Of a stretch of DNA of 43,304 nucleotides, positions 13,200 through 23,768 are shown in pieces. Made by a program: the position numbers and the translations under genes. The notes below the pieces were generated by a model. It did no database searches. It saw only the letters and a program-made list of their open reading frames with translations, and was not told the DNA's origin. Where the stretch lies: the NCBI RefSeq assembly GCF_001194135.2, contig NC_068987.1, forward strand, positions 34,799,312 to 34,842,615, read 5' to 3'. Numbering within the stretch: the stretch's first letter is position 1; each line of letters begins with the position of its first letter. Source of the DNA: Octopus bimaculoides. Taxonomy: Eukaryota.

Positions 13200-13475
13200 C
13201 CACATTTTTCATAATGCTTGTCACCACATGTTTAATGCAATCCAGAAAAAAAGTGTCGTAATCGATATCTTGATTTGTGACTGTTCCACAATTCTATGTT
13301 ATATATCCTGGCCAATATCAGCAACGTAATTGAGTTGACTTCATCATCTCTTGGTGTGCGAAAGTTTCAAATTATTATATTTGACGGATATTGTGGATCA
13401 ACAAAATAGGCAGTAAATTGTATCATACCTTCAACAGCTCTGGGAATGATGACCGGATTACATCCATAAATCTCA
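13200..13475 (-). mobile_element. Ty3/Gypsy integrase relic (HHCC region into catalytic core start)
   Basis: Frameshifted minus-strand motifs in the expected order: IYG..VIIP (cf. RVVIP), H...MKS.QLRC*YWPG (cf. HPG..RMKSL.R..VYWP), then IDY...FL...HVV (cf. HIDFAGP...YLVVVD). Confidence 0.5.
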
Positions 13476-13865
13476 TTTTGGTGTTGTGGTCACATCATGA
13501 GACACACATGTACATGCTGGTAGAAGTGTGCCATCAAAACAATCGTGTACGTCATTCTTTACAGTCAAACATTCATATGTATAGACATTGATATTTACAT
13601 CTATTGTGTAGATTAGGTTATTTACTTCGAAATTCATGATAACCAGGTAGGTTTGATACAACATTTCAGGAGTTTCATTAGCTGTTAAGGTCACTTTTAG
13701 TCTGTAAAAGATTACCTAATGGACTTAAAGTTAGTGTCCATCTACTAGTGTATGCCATTGTTTTGTCCTGTTCAATGGACAAGAACTCAACGTACATTTA
13801 GTTGAGAAAGAAACGGGTTTGTTTTATGGACAAGATTTCTTATCTCTCCCTGAAAAAAAATGTGT

Positions 13866-13878
13866 GCGTGTGCATGTA

Positions 13879-13958
<80 letters not shown>

Positions 13959-13960
13959 TG
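13866..13960. repeat. (TG)n microsatellite
   Basis: Direct reading. Confidence 0.97.
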
Positions 13961-14544
13961 TTTCTGTAGGTGTATAAAATAATAAAGCTATATGGCGTTG
14001 TCTTTCATTTGTTAATACATCCAATTATGAATTAATTATGTATGCTAAATGCGAAAGAATCAATATCATTAAGATTTTAAATAGTAAATTGCTAAGGTTT
14101 TCTAGATAAAAGAGGAATTGTAAAGTTTAATATCTGCACATTAATTCTAGGATACATGCGTAATACAATTTTCTTTACAGAAAGTTCAGACATATACCTG
14201 GTAGGAAAGGCTTGTCGATAGGAAAGGCTTAGCGCAAAAAAAAAGCAAACAATCTGTATAGCGTGTTGTAATTGGTGAGACATGTATAAAGGTATACCAA
14301 GGATGCGATGCAAAACATTAATAATTAAGTATTAGACAATGCATTCGATTTCATCCTTGTGGTGAAAGTACTGGCTGCTTGGCACAGATTAAATTTGAAC
14401 TCTTTCGTGCATGGGCAATAAAGTTTAACGTTCTAGTTCACTAACACTGTTTAGAGCAGTGCTTGGAAGGAACGTGTGCAGCATGTGATAATAGCATTGG
14501 CCATATTAGATTAAGTTTTAATGTCGATACCTGCTCACGAAGTG

Positions 14545-14850
14545 ACAGAAAGTGTATGAGCCACACACATAAGTGAATGAGTGGTGTAGACGCTTTCAAG
14601 ATGGCTGAAAAAATGTCGATATTGACGTAATTTATCAGATGCTCAGATCAGTTATGTCTGCCAAATTTGTGCCAAAACTGCTTCCAGCTGGCCAAAATTT
14701 CACTAAGGTTTCATTCCATTGCGTAAATTGTTCTTATTGTCGAGAACAATAAATACTTTAAGTTGGCCTCTGAGCAGCGTTTCGCCAAGCATTTGGCAAG
14801 GTTTTAATGCACATTTTCCGCTCAACATTGTCACGCTCAATGCGTTGAAA
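14545..14850. mobile_element. Decayed mariner N-terminal fragments (plus strand 14545-14700; possibly a second, minus-strand piece 14720-14850)
   Basis: Plus strand: MSHT..(N)EWCRRFQDG*KNVDID then MSAKFVPKLL (mariner WVPHEL-linker variant). Minus strand: weak ERKMCIK similarity to the mariner start. Confidence 0.5.
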
Positions 14851-14940
14851 CCAGCTTTGAGCAACTGGTTGTATGAGTAAGGTGGTCAGTATAAAGTAGC
14901 AAATGTATAATAGGAAAATTTCATTCTGAGACATGTATGT

Positions 14941-15222
14941 TCTTTTATTCTTTTATTTGTTTCAATCATTTCCCTGCGGCCATGCTGGAGCACAGCCTTT
15001 AGTCGAACAAGTCAACCTCAGAAATTATTCTTTATAAGACTTGTACTTATTTTATCGGTCTCATACGCAGAACCGCTAGGTTACGGCTACGTAAACACCA
15101 GCATCGTTTGTCAAGCGATAATGGAGAGACAAACACAGAGATGCAAGGTGTCACGAAGTGGGACTGAAGTGGGAACCATGTCGGTAAGGAAGCTACTTGC
15201 CACATTGCCACTCCTGCACCTA
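14941..15222 (-). mobile_element. tRNA-derived SINE (family B)
   Basis: Reverse complement of the 441-640 body (gccatgctggagcac...gtcgaac...gtacttattttatcggtc...tgtcaagcgat) plus head piece gggaaccatg...aagctacttgccaca...cactcctgcacct. Confidence 0.85.
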
Positions 15223-15654
15223 TATGTACGTAAAATTCCCAATAATACATATACTGTTTATTGAAAGAGTCACCTACTAAACAGTTGTCAAGTTTACTTG
15301 TCTTTCGACGCATTCTTACTAGTTACACACACTCGAAAATGCGCACGCGTACGCAGGCACGCACACAGACACTCACTCGCATACAGTCACGCACACACAG
15401 ATACATACACATACATACATACATATGCACATATATACATACATATATATGTATATATAAGTATTTACATATACCTTCTATGTGTGTGTGTGTGTGTGTG
15501 TGTGTGCGTGCGTGTGTGTGTGTGTGTGTACAGGGATGCTAGTACTAATTTGAAACACCTTAAAAATCGTTTTATGTGTATTTCAAGTGGAAAAGGTTTA
15601 TCTTGTCTATTTATTGACACTTAAGTTTCATGTTCTATATGTGACTGTTCAATC

Positions 15655-16728
15655 ATGCCACGTACAAATGAAGCCTCGAAATTGTCCGAATTTTATTGCG
15701 GGTCAACTTGAATGTGGACTTCGTAGAATACATTGTGATCACGCTTTCTGCAGTTAATAGAGTGATTGTGCAATTCACCAGAGAGGGAAGGGTGTCCATA
15801 TCACTTCGCTCATGTAGACCGGGAACCTCTGACAAGAGCCTTCTCTTAGTTAAGACAAATGTGGAGGATAATCTTCATTGCAAGGCCAATGTTATAGTAG
15901 TACAAATTGATGTCAATCCCAGAACATCTGTCAGGTATGCACAAAAACTTTCGCTCCTCTACAGGAGCAGTAATATAAAAGCGACTTCTTCAACCAGACA
16001 ATATCAAGCGGAGAAAATATTGGCCTACTGAAATGGTGGAGAGGCTACCAGCATTTTAGCACACTGTCATATTCTTTAATGAGTCCAGTCTTGCTGTATT
16101 TTGTGGTTATGGTCGAGCGCCATCTGGAGACTCTGTGATGAAAAATTTGACGTGAAAATATTTCAGCCAACAATGAAACATGGCAGATATTCTGTGATCG
16201 TCTGGGGAGCAATATGGAGCCATGGGCGACCACAGCTTGTGGAGTGTGAGGGAAACAATCTCAGATAAAAGACTATTTATAGAGGATGGAGGCTACTTGT
16301 CACACAGCTAAAAAGACCCAAGATTTGTTGGAAGTGGAGGATGGAGGCTACTTGTCACACAGCTAAAGAGATCCAAGATTTGTTAAGAAGCTTCCATGGC
16401 CAAGCCATTTAGCAGATATGAACCATATTGGACACCTTTGGGATGTAATGGAGAGGACATTCCGTGAATAGAACAAGAATACATCCTCATAGCCAGATCT
16501 TGCGAGATTACTGTATGAAACTTGGCAAGAAATTCCTGAAGAGAATATTCGTCATCTGATCAGTAGCCTAATAGAGTTGTTTTGCATTGAAAAAGGCAAA
16601 GGGCATGTATAATAAATATTAGATACTCATATTATAACAAACAATAAATGAATTGAATGTATAATTTCAGATTTAAATAAATCTTGACGATTATGAGTGT
16701 CTATTTACTTGTGTCATGTCTATGGATG
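15655..16728 (+). mobile_element. Tc1-family transposon, decayed near-complete transposase with 3' end and right TIR
   Basis: ATG at 15655 (MPRT...LSEF), CRPG, VIFFNES, FQPTMKHGRYSVIVWGAIWSHGRPQLVECEGN, a duplicated EDG motif, KKLPWPSH.ADMNHIGHLWD. The 3' flank matches the reverse complement of 11767-11950. Confidence 0.88.
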
Positions 16729-17425
16729 TGTGTGTTTGTTTGTGTATGTGGGTCTGGTTGTGAGCGTATTTGTGCTTGTGATTGTTTGTGTGTGCGTGTG
16801 CGTGTGTGTGTGTGTGTGCGGATATATGCATATAGATACTCATTGATATATCATTGTCGGAGTGAATCTACGACCAAATATATCACAATGGAATATACTT
16901 ATCACCGGCAAAAATAAGGAGAGGTTATGAATTCCAAAATCCAGTGAACGCTGTACTGCATGTTTTTCTCGGGTTATATTAAAAATGTCAGTCACGTTGT
17001 CACAAAATGAACTAATTCCAAAATATATTCATAATTCCAAGATTGTAAAATAAAGTATATGGTGGATAATACTAAATATCAACGTTGTCTGGCTTTTATT
17101 CGTCTGTCATTTCTGAATGAGTAGTGCTTTGGCCCTAGAGTCAAACTCTTCATTTCAAGTGTTTTTACCTGGTAATAAATATCAGCCGAGTGCTAATGCG
17201 TTACTCAATTTTCTAGTCATGGTGAGTAAATGTTTTAATTTTGTTGCGTAATAACTCTAGAGCAACAGTCTACAAGGCCAGATTTATGAAATACAAATGT
17301 AACGACTTAGTGGTACTGGACTATTGTATACTATCGGTCAGAAATAACGTAACTTAGCGTTTTCCATTTTCTAGATTCAAAGGTTATATAGATGCATTTC
17401 AGTGTGTGCGTGTGTTTAAGTACCT

Positions 17426-17493
<68 letters not shown>

Positions 17494-17904
17494 GCGTGAG
17501 CGTGTGTGCACGTGTGTGTCTCGGGGTAAATATGCGTATATATTTCACAGTTACGTTTACTGGAGTTACATTTAAAATGTATCAAATGACTATTGTCATT
17601 TCGTTGTTATAATTCATTAACTCCATTGAAGCTGGATAAACCACTGACTACTTATTGAAAGCAGGTAACGAAGAATAGAATTCCCTGCATCTTCTTTCAT
17701 GTCTTTGCTTGTACGCCTTATGTACATGGGTGTATATATACGTACATTCATGCGTATATGTATGCATCTATACAGGATGCATTGTTAAGCTTGAATGTAT
17801 GTTTGTATGTATGTATGCGTGCGTGGGTTGTGTGTGTATGTGTGTATGTGTATTTATATGTATGTATGTATTATGTATGTATGAATGTATGTATGTATTT
17901 ATGC

Positions 17905-17938
<34 letters not shown>

Positions 17939-18807
17939 NNNNNNNNNNNNNNNNNNNNNNNNNNNNNNNNNNNNNNNNNNNNNNNNNNNNNNNNNNNNNN
18001 NNNNNNNNNNNNNNNNNNNNNNNNNNNNNNNNNNNNNNNNNNNNNNNNNNNNNNNNNNNNNNNNNNNNNNNNNNNNNNNNNNNNNNNNNNNNNNNNNNNN
18101 NNNNNNNNNNNNNNNNNNNNNNNNNNNNNNNNNNNNNNNNNNNNNNNNNNNNNNNNNNNNNNNNNNNNNNNNNNNNNNNNNNNNNNNNNNNNNNNNNNNN
18201 NNNNNNNNNNNNNNNNNNNNNNNNNNNNNNNNNNNNNNNNNNNNNNNNNNNNNNNNNNNNNNNNNNNNNNNNNNNNNNNNNNNNNNNNNNNNNNNNNNNN
18301 NNNNNNNNNNNNNNNNNNNNNNNNNNNNNNNNNNNNNNNNNNNNNNNNNNNNNNNNNNNNNNNNNNNNNNNNNNNNNNNNNNNNNNNNNNNNNNNNNNNN
18401 NNNNNNNNNNNNNNNNNNNNNNNNNNNNNNNNNNNNNNNNNNNNNNNNNNNNNNNNNNNNNNNNNNNNNNNNNNNNNNNNNNNNNNNNNNNNNNNNNNNN
18501 NNNNNNNNNNNNNNNNNNNNNNNNNNNNNNNNNNNNNNNNNNNNNNNNNNNNNNNNNNNNNNNNNNNNNNNNNNNNNNNNNNNNNNNNNNNNNNNNNNNN
18601 NNNNNNNNNNNNNNNNNNNNNNNNNNNNNNNNNNNNNNNNNNNNNNNNNNNNNNNNNNNNNNNNNNNNNNNNNNNNNNNNNNNNNNNNNNNNNNNNNNNN
18701 NNNNNNNNNNNNNNNNNNNNNNNNNNNNNNNNNNNNNNNNNNNNNNNNNNNNNNNNNNNNNNNNNNNNNNNNNNNNNNNNNNNNNNNNNNNNNNNNNNNN
18801 NNNNNNN
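17939..18807. other. Assembly gap (N) flanked by (TA)n
   Basis: N run. Confidence 1.
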
Positions 18808-18871
<64 letters not shown>

Positions 18872-19029
18872 CGTGTGTGTGTCTGTGTGTATGTGCGTGT
18901 ATGTATGTATAGGTGTTTTTGAATAACCTATTCACATTTGGTGACAATCATACTTCACCTTTTCTTGAAACATTGCAATCTGCTGTTTATTTTAATTCTG
19001 TGTATATATATATCTTATTATTTAACTGT

Positions 19030-19180
19030 TTCAGTCATGCGATTTTCACCATGCTGAAGCACCGCCTTGAGTGATTTCCGTCGAACTGATCGATCGTCAG
19101 TACTTATTTTCGTTAAAGCCTGGTATATATTGTGATGGTCTCTTTTATCGAAGTTACGGGGACGCAAACACACAAACCCC
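19030..19180 (-). mobile_element. SINE family B 3' body fragment
   Basis: ccatgctgaagcaccgcc...gtcgaac...agtacttat...gaagttacggggacgcaaacac matches the reverse complement of 470-605. Confidence 0.7.
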
Positions 19181-19246
19181 ATCTGTCAATTCGTGCTGAG
19201 AGACAAATTTATACGAAACACATAAAGACGCATATATATGTATTTA

Positions 19247-19280
<34 letters not shown>

Positions 19281-19569
19281 CATATTACAGGCTCTTGTTC
19301 GAAGTAAGCCATTAAACAATGTAGCATGGGAAAAGGAAAATTTGCTGATATCATAAGTCTTAAGTGGTATATGATGAAAACACGCACTTACATTTGGTCA
19401 GACAAAGCTAAGTGTCATTGTTTGTCGACAGAGAAATTTAGGTACTACGTAACAACAGTAGGCGCTCTGTAATGTTTTCTAGTGGACGAAAGTAAGCTAA
19501 GCCATCTATCCGTGGTTCTAATCTTGTTTATACGCATTTAAATATTTACAAGTCTTCATTTACCCAACA

Positions 19570-19790
19570 TATATTTTAATACAGTTCTATATTTAAGAGA
19601 TGAGGAATTATGTACATTATTTATATTTGACAGATATTTGTCCTCATCTTTTTTGTTGTTAGCACAACGTTTCGGTTGATGTACCCTCCAGCCTTCATCA
19701 GGTGTCTTGGGGAAATTTCGAACCTGGGTTTCGAACCTTGGGCTTCTTTGAGTTTTTGTATTTTCCAGAGGTGTTCTCTGTCTATTATTT
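19570..19790 (-). mobile_element. Inverted, internally deleted Penelope-like 3' copy (short GIY-YIG piece fused to the pLTR-like tail)
   Basis: The reverse complement of 19622-19730 matches 20268-20380 (12 differences in ~112 nt by eye). The reverse complement of 19745-19785 (DREHLWKIQKLKEA) matches 19953-19993. Confidence 0.9.
19661..19706 (-). ncRNA. Minimal type I hammerhead ribozyme, core intact (copy 1)
   Basis: Minus strand: GACAC-CUGAUGA-A-GGCUG(gagggtacat)CAACC-GAAAC-GUU-GUGCU. It has the catalytic core, palindromic ACGU stem III, a GUU cleavage triplet, and stems I and II with one mismatch each. Confidence 0.75.
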
Positions 19791-20128
19791 TAACTTCATC
19801 CTACAGGCGAAACATGACGCCCCTCAAAATGAGTGAAGACGAACATTGCAAAGCTCTGAGACGACGAGGGAATATTGATAAATCGGTTATAGCTGATCAT
19901 GTATGAAAAAAATACAGACCACCTTCACCTGTGGGATGAAGTTAAAATAAAAGGCATAGAACACCACTGGAAAATACGAAAACTAAAAGAAGCAGCACAT
20001 ATGCTAGGACACAACAACCTCCTAAGCAGACCGTGTGCAAAGATGAGTAGTATATGGGAACCGGTATTAAGGAAGGATAGGAAAATGTTAGAATTATAAG
20101 TCCTAAAATTCACTCCGTAATTTCACAC

Positions 20129-20200
20129 GAGCATATGGCTTAGTGGCTAAGAGCGCGGGCTACTGAGCCCAAGATTTCCAATTCGATTCCAGGCAGTGAT
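20129..20200 (+). promoter_or_regulatory. tRNA-derived segment with Pol III A and B boxes (not a functional tRNA gene)
   Basis: A box TGGCTTAGTGG (20136-20146), anticodon-arm-like GGGC-TACTGA-GCCC, and B-box-like ATTCGATTCC (20181-20190; G>A at the first position). No intact acceptor stem; followed by (AAT)n. Confidence 0.7.
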
Positions 20201-20201
20201 G

Positions 20202-20237
<36 letters not shown>

Positions 20238-20292
20238 CAACAACATCGACAAATACTTTAGGAATGAGAACCCAGGTTCGAAATTTCTCCAA

Positions 20293-20338
20293 GACACCTG
20301 ATGAAAGCTGGAGGGTATATCAGCGAAAACGTTGTGTT
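20293..20338 (+). ncRNA. Minimal type I hammerhead ribozyme, stem III junction altered (copy 2)
   Basis: GACAC-CUGAUGA-AA-GCUG(gagggtatat)CAGC-GAAAAC-GUU-GUGUU. Stems I and II pair, but an extra A after GAAA disturbs stem III. Confidence 0.65.
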
Positions 20339-20800
20339 AACAACAAACATGATGAGGAAAAATATCCGTCAAATGTAAATCATATATATTTTAGTATCAT
20401 TGAAATTAAAACTAATGTAAATATTAAGTTACATTTCATATATGACGATATTTCCCATGAAAGAAAGTAATTGAATTAATATTCTATGGTAGCGAAGCGG
20501 CTGTATTTAGAGCTAATCTTACATATGTTTCACAATCAAGCCGAACATACATGTATATATATTTATAAAAAACAACCCAATATTTTAGTGTATGTATAAA
20601 CTCTGAATTTTAAAATGTTACAATATTAAATTTCTATTCACTGAAGCTTTGGGGTGGGGCACTAAAAATATAATCACGTTGTGATAAACGTAATGCTACA
20701 CTTACCATGAACCCACGTTTATAAATCTCTAAACAGCGATATTATTCAAGCGATGATTTGGCAGGTGGATGCGTTTTATTCCGCATTAATGAACGCAATA

Positions 20801-21036
20801 TCTTATTTCTTTATTGCCCACAACGGGCTAAACATAGAAGGGACAAACAAAGACAGACAAACGGATTAATTCGATTATATCGACCCCAGTGCGTAACTGG
20901 TACTTAATTTATCGACCCCGAAAGGATGAAAGGCAAGGTCGACCTCGGCGGAATTTGAACTCAGAACGTAACGGCAGGCGAAATATTGCTAAACATTTCG
21001 CTCGGCTTGCTAACATTTCTGCCAGCTCGCCGCCTT
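20801..21036 (-). mobile_element. tRNA-derived SINE (family A), full length, best-preserved copy
   Basis: Reverse complement: aaggcggcgagcTGGCAGAAATG (A box)...ctgaGTTCAAATTCC (B box)...gcctttcatcctttcggggtcgataaa...gggcaataaagaaataaga. Confidence 0.92.
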
Positions 21037-21434
21037 ATGACCGCAATATCGCTTTGCATTTGTGTGTAATTTGTTTAGGAACTGTAAAGTTCCACGCACA
21101 AGTATTTCTGATAATATTGGTAAAAAAAAATGCTATCAAGTAATATAGCACACTCACCATTCTCCTTTTACATAGCTAAACGTTTTCAGAATTATGTCAA
21201 ACTAGTTAGTATCAATGATTAAAATGACTTCACCCTATAAATCTTAGTTCAGTAAGCAGCAAGTGTAATAAATCAAAGTTTAGTCTAGTGGCATTTAATT
21301 CGATTTCTTATAGTTAATCAGAATTTGAAGAACTTGATTAAGCATTTTTAAGATTGCAATCTCGCATGACATCACTTGTACTTTACATTGCATTTCTCAC
21401 AGAAGCAAAAGTGGTATTTACTACAAAAAGATCT

Positions 21435-21610
21435 AAGGTGGCGTGTTGGCAGAATCGTTACCACGCCGGACAAAATAATTGGCGGCATTTCATACGTGTC
21501 TACGTTCTGAATTCCAGTTCTAACGAGGTCGATTTTGTCTGTCATTGTTTCGGGAGTCGATAAAAAAATTACCAGCCTAGCATTAGGGTCGATTACATAG
21601 ACATACTCCG
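21435..21610 (+). mobile_element. SINE family A copy
   Basis: aaggtggcgtgttggcagaatcgtta...acgttctgaattccagttc...gaggtcgattttg...gtcgataaa matches 20801-21036. Confidence 0.8.
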
Positions 21611-21663
21611 TCTTAGAAAATACTGATCTTATGTTAAAATTCAAAACCATTATATAAAATTTT

Positions 21664-21860
21664 AAGGCAGTGTGCTGACAGAAACCTTAGCACGCTGGAC
21701 AAAATGTTTAGCGACGTTTCGTCGATTTTACCATTATGAGTTCAAATTCTGCCGTAGACGACTTTGCCTTTCATCTTGTCGGGGTCGGTGAAATAAGTAC
21801 TTTTTGAGCATTAGTGAGCTGTAATCAGCTAGATCCACACACCTCTGAATTTCTTGCCTT
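21664..21860 (+). mobile_element. SINE family A copy
   Basis: aaggcagtgtgctgacagaaa...atgagttcaaattctgccg...gactttgcctttcatc...ggggtcggtgaaataagtac. Confidence 0.82.
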
Positions 21861-22178
21861 CTGCTTTTAATTGAAATGATTATAAAAACTTGCTTACAAG
21901 TTAAGTATATTTTAACAGTTGCTAATATTGGCTTCGTCGTGAAGATCAAAAATAAAATCAACACGCGACAGCTTGTATTGCAATTATGAGAAAAGACATT
22001 TCATTTCTTCTGATAAACATAAACACACCATATTGACATGTGCCTCACAAATGATTCCTATAATTCGATAAAAATATTCATTAAACATTTAATTTTTTGT
22101 TTCTGCATCTCCAATGTAATTAATCTGCGTCTATCAAAATAAGTGAACAGGCTGCTATATTTTCGTCCTTGTGAATGC

Positions 22179-22213
<35 letters not shown>

Positions 22214-22620
22214 TGTGTGTTTTATCAATTTATAAAACTTTGTATGTTAAAAATATTTCCATCAAAATTAAAATAAAATTAACTGCATCATATTTTAATA
22301 AATTGCGACTTTAAAATGTATCATACTTTCATTAAAAAATAAACAAACTATTAATTTATTCTGTATTAAAATAGCATGAATGTATTTTATTCCTAATTCC
22401 TTAATCTGATCTTAACACGCAGTTTCGATGGAAAGTTCAAGCAAATTCCCTTTAGTCACGATTTTAATTGTAATGTGATAGTCATCATTTCCAGTGATCT
22501 TTTATCCAACGTTCATTCTGAGTCTTTAAATAAATCGATATTTGTTTTTCGGTTTCAACTAGTGCTTAAAAGTAATATGTTATCATCGTGTGGAGACTCA
22601 GCAAAACAATAGCACTTTAC

Positions 22621-22663
22621 CTGACGCACATCGCTAATACCAATGAGTAGACAGTGTTTAATA
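22621..22663 (-). CDS. Candidate 43-nt internal exon of an unidentified gene
   Basis: Acceptor tttctttttatatacatacgacAG, donor cag|GTAAAG. Open in two frames (LNTVYSLVLAMCV or IKHCLLIGISDVRQ). No recognisable homology. Confidence 0.25.
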
Positions 22664-22869
22664 CTGTCGTATGTATATAAAAAGAAATGGATATTTGTGT
22701 CAATTGGGACTGTACACACCCAATTTAAAAATGTTTGCCGTTACATTTTAATCAATTGAAATTTCAGAATTCTCTTTTCACAACAACTGTCAATAACGCT
22801 AATCATTTCTCTAAGAAGTCCAACTGCTATATATATATACATATATATATATACATACACACCCACACG

Positions 22870-22926
<57 letters not shown>

Positions 22927-23177
22927 CTGATTTTCGACATAAACTCTGAGCACCTTAACAGCTAACTACTCTTATTTTTAGAATTAACAATAGTTACATT
23001 TTAGATAAATAATTCCATGGTGCATAATATTTTAATTGAAATAAAAGCAGCAATGCAGTCTAAATGGCCCATATCAAGAGATCATTTGAAACTTACACTT
23101 AAACTGCATGTTATATCAAATACTGGCTAAATTGTATGTTATTTAGTTTTTCGAGGCAACAGTAAATCTGTCCTCAC

Positions 23178-23255
23178 CACAATGTTTACCAGCATAGATT
23201 AATTTGAACAGCCCTTCCGGCTGGTAGTTTTTCAGACTCTGGAATAGGTAAAGCA
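23178..23255 (-). CDS. Candidate 78-nt phase-1/phase-1 exon of an unidentified gene
   Basis: Strong acceptor tttttttttcattcAG, donor gtg|GTGAGG. One open frame: LYLFQSLKNYQPEGLFKLIYAGKHC. Confidence 0.33.
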
Positions 23256-23309
23256 CTGAATGAAAAAAAAATATCATTTAATATTTCGAATTTAATATAT
23301 TGGCTGATA

Positions 23310-23407
23310 GGGGCGGCGAGCTGGCAAAGTATTTAACGGCATATAGTCCGTCTTTACATTCTGAGTACAAATTCTACCGCAGTCGATTTTGCCTTTCATC
23401 CATTCAG
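23310..23407 (+). mobile_element. SINE family A, deleted copy
   Basis: ggggcggcgagctggca...ttctgagtacaaattctaccgcagtcgattttgcctttcatcc. Confidence 0.78.
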
Positions 23408-23559
23408 ATTCGCAAAACAGTGACAGTTGAAGACTGGGGTGGATTTAGCCAATTTACCACCTTTCCTGGCGTTGTGCTGAAATCAGGATTTCGGTTGATA
23501 GCGCAATGTTATATCATGTTTAATATTTGTGGAATATGTTAGAAATATGTTGCTCTAAT

Positions 23560-23768
23560 TGCAAAAAAGTATTAGCACGCCGAGCAAAATGTATTGTGGT
23601 ATTTCGCCCGTCTTCATATTCTGAGTTCAAATTCCGTCGGTATCGACTTTGCCTTTCATCCTTTCGGACTCGATAAAATAAGTATATGTTGAGCACTGGG
23701 GGCGATGTAATCGACTCAACCCAGTTCCACGAAATTGCTGGCCTTGTGCAAAATTTGAAACCGATATT
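23560..23768 (+). mobile_element. SINE family A copy
   Basis: ttagcacgccgagcaaaatg...ttctgagttcaaattcc...gactttgcctttcatcctttcgg...gataaaataagta...gctggccttgtgcaaaatttgaaacc. Confidence 0.85.

Larger units (their letters stand above)
19798..20390 (+). mobile_element. 5'-truncated Penelope-like element (lineage 2): GIY-YIG C-terminus + tRNA-like segment + (AAT)n + hammerhead-bearing pLTR-like tail
   Basis: Y.GET motif (~19801-19813), then PLK...EHCKAL..GNIDKSVIADHV and HLHLWDEVKIKGIEHHWKIRKLKEAAHMLGHNNLLSRP...IWEPVLRK* (stop at 20097-20099). This is typical PLE GIY-YIG, with frameshifts. Confidence 0.88.

Noticed and set aside
20129-20200. Genuine tRNA gene
   Set aside because: The acceptor stem does not pair, the B box is mutated, and it is embedded in a retroelement 3' end. 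Treated as a tRNA-derived segment.
23190-23215. KLIYAGK resembling the ubiquitin-like RLIFAGK motif
   Set aside because: Seven residues only; the flanks do not fit a ubiquitin fold pattern.
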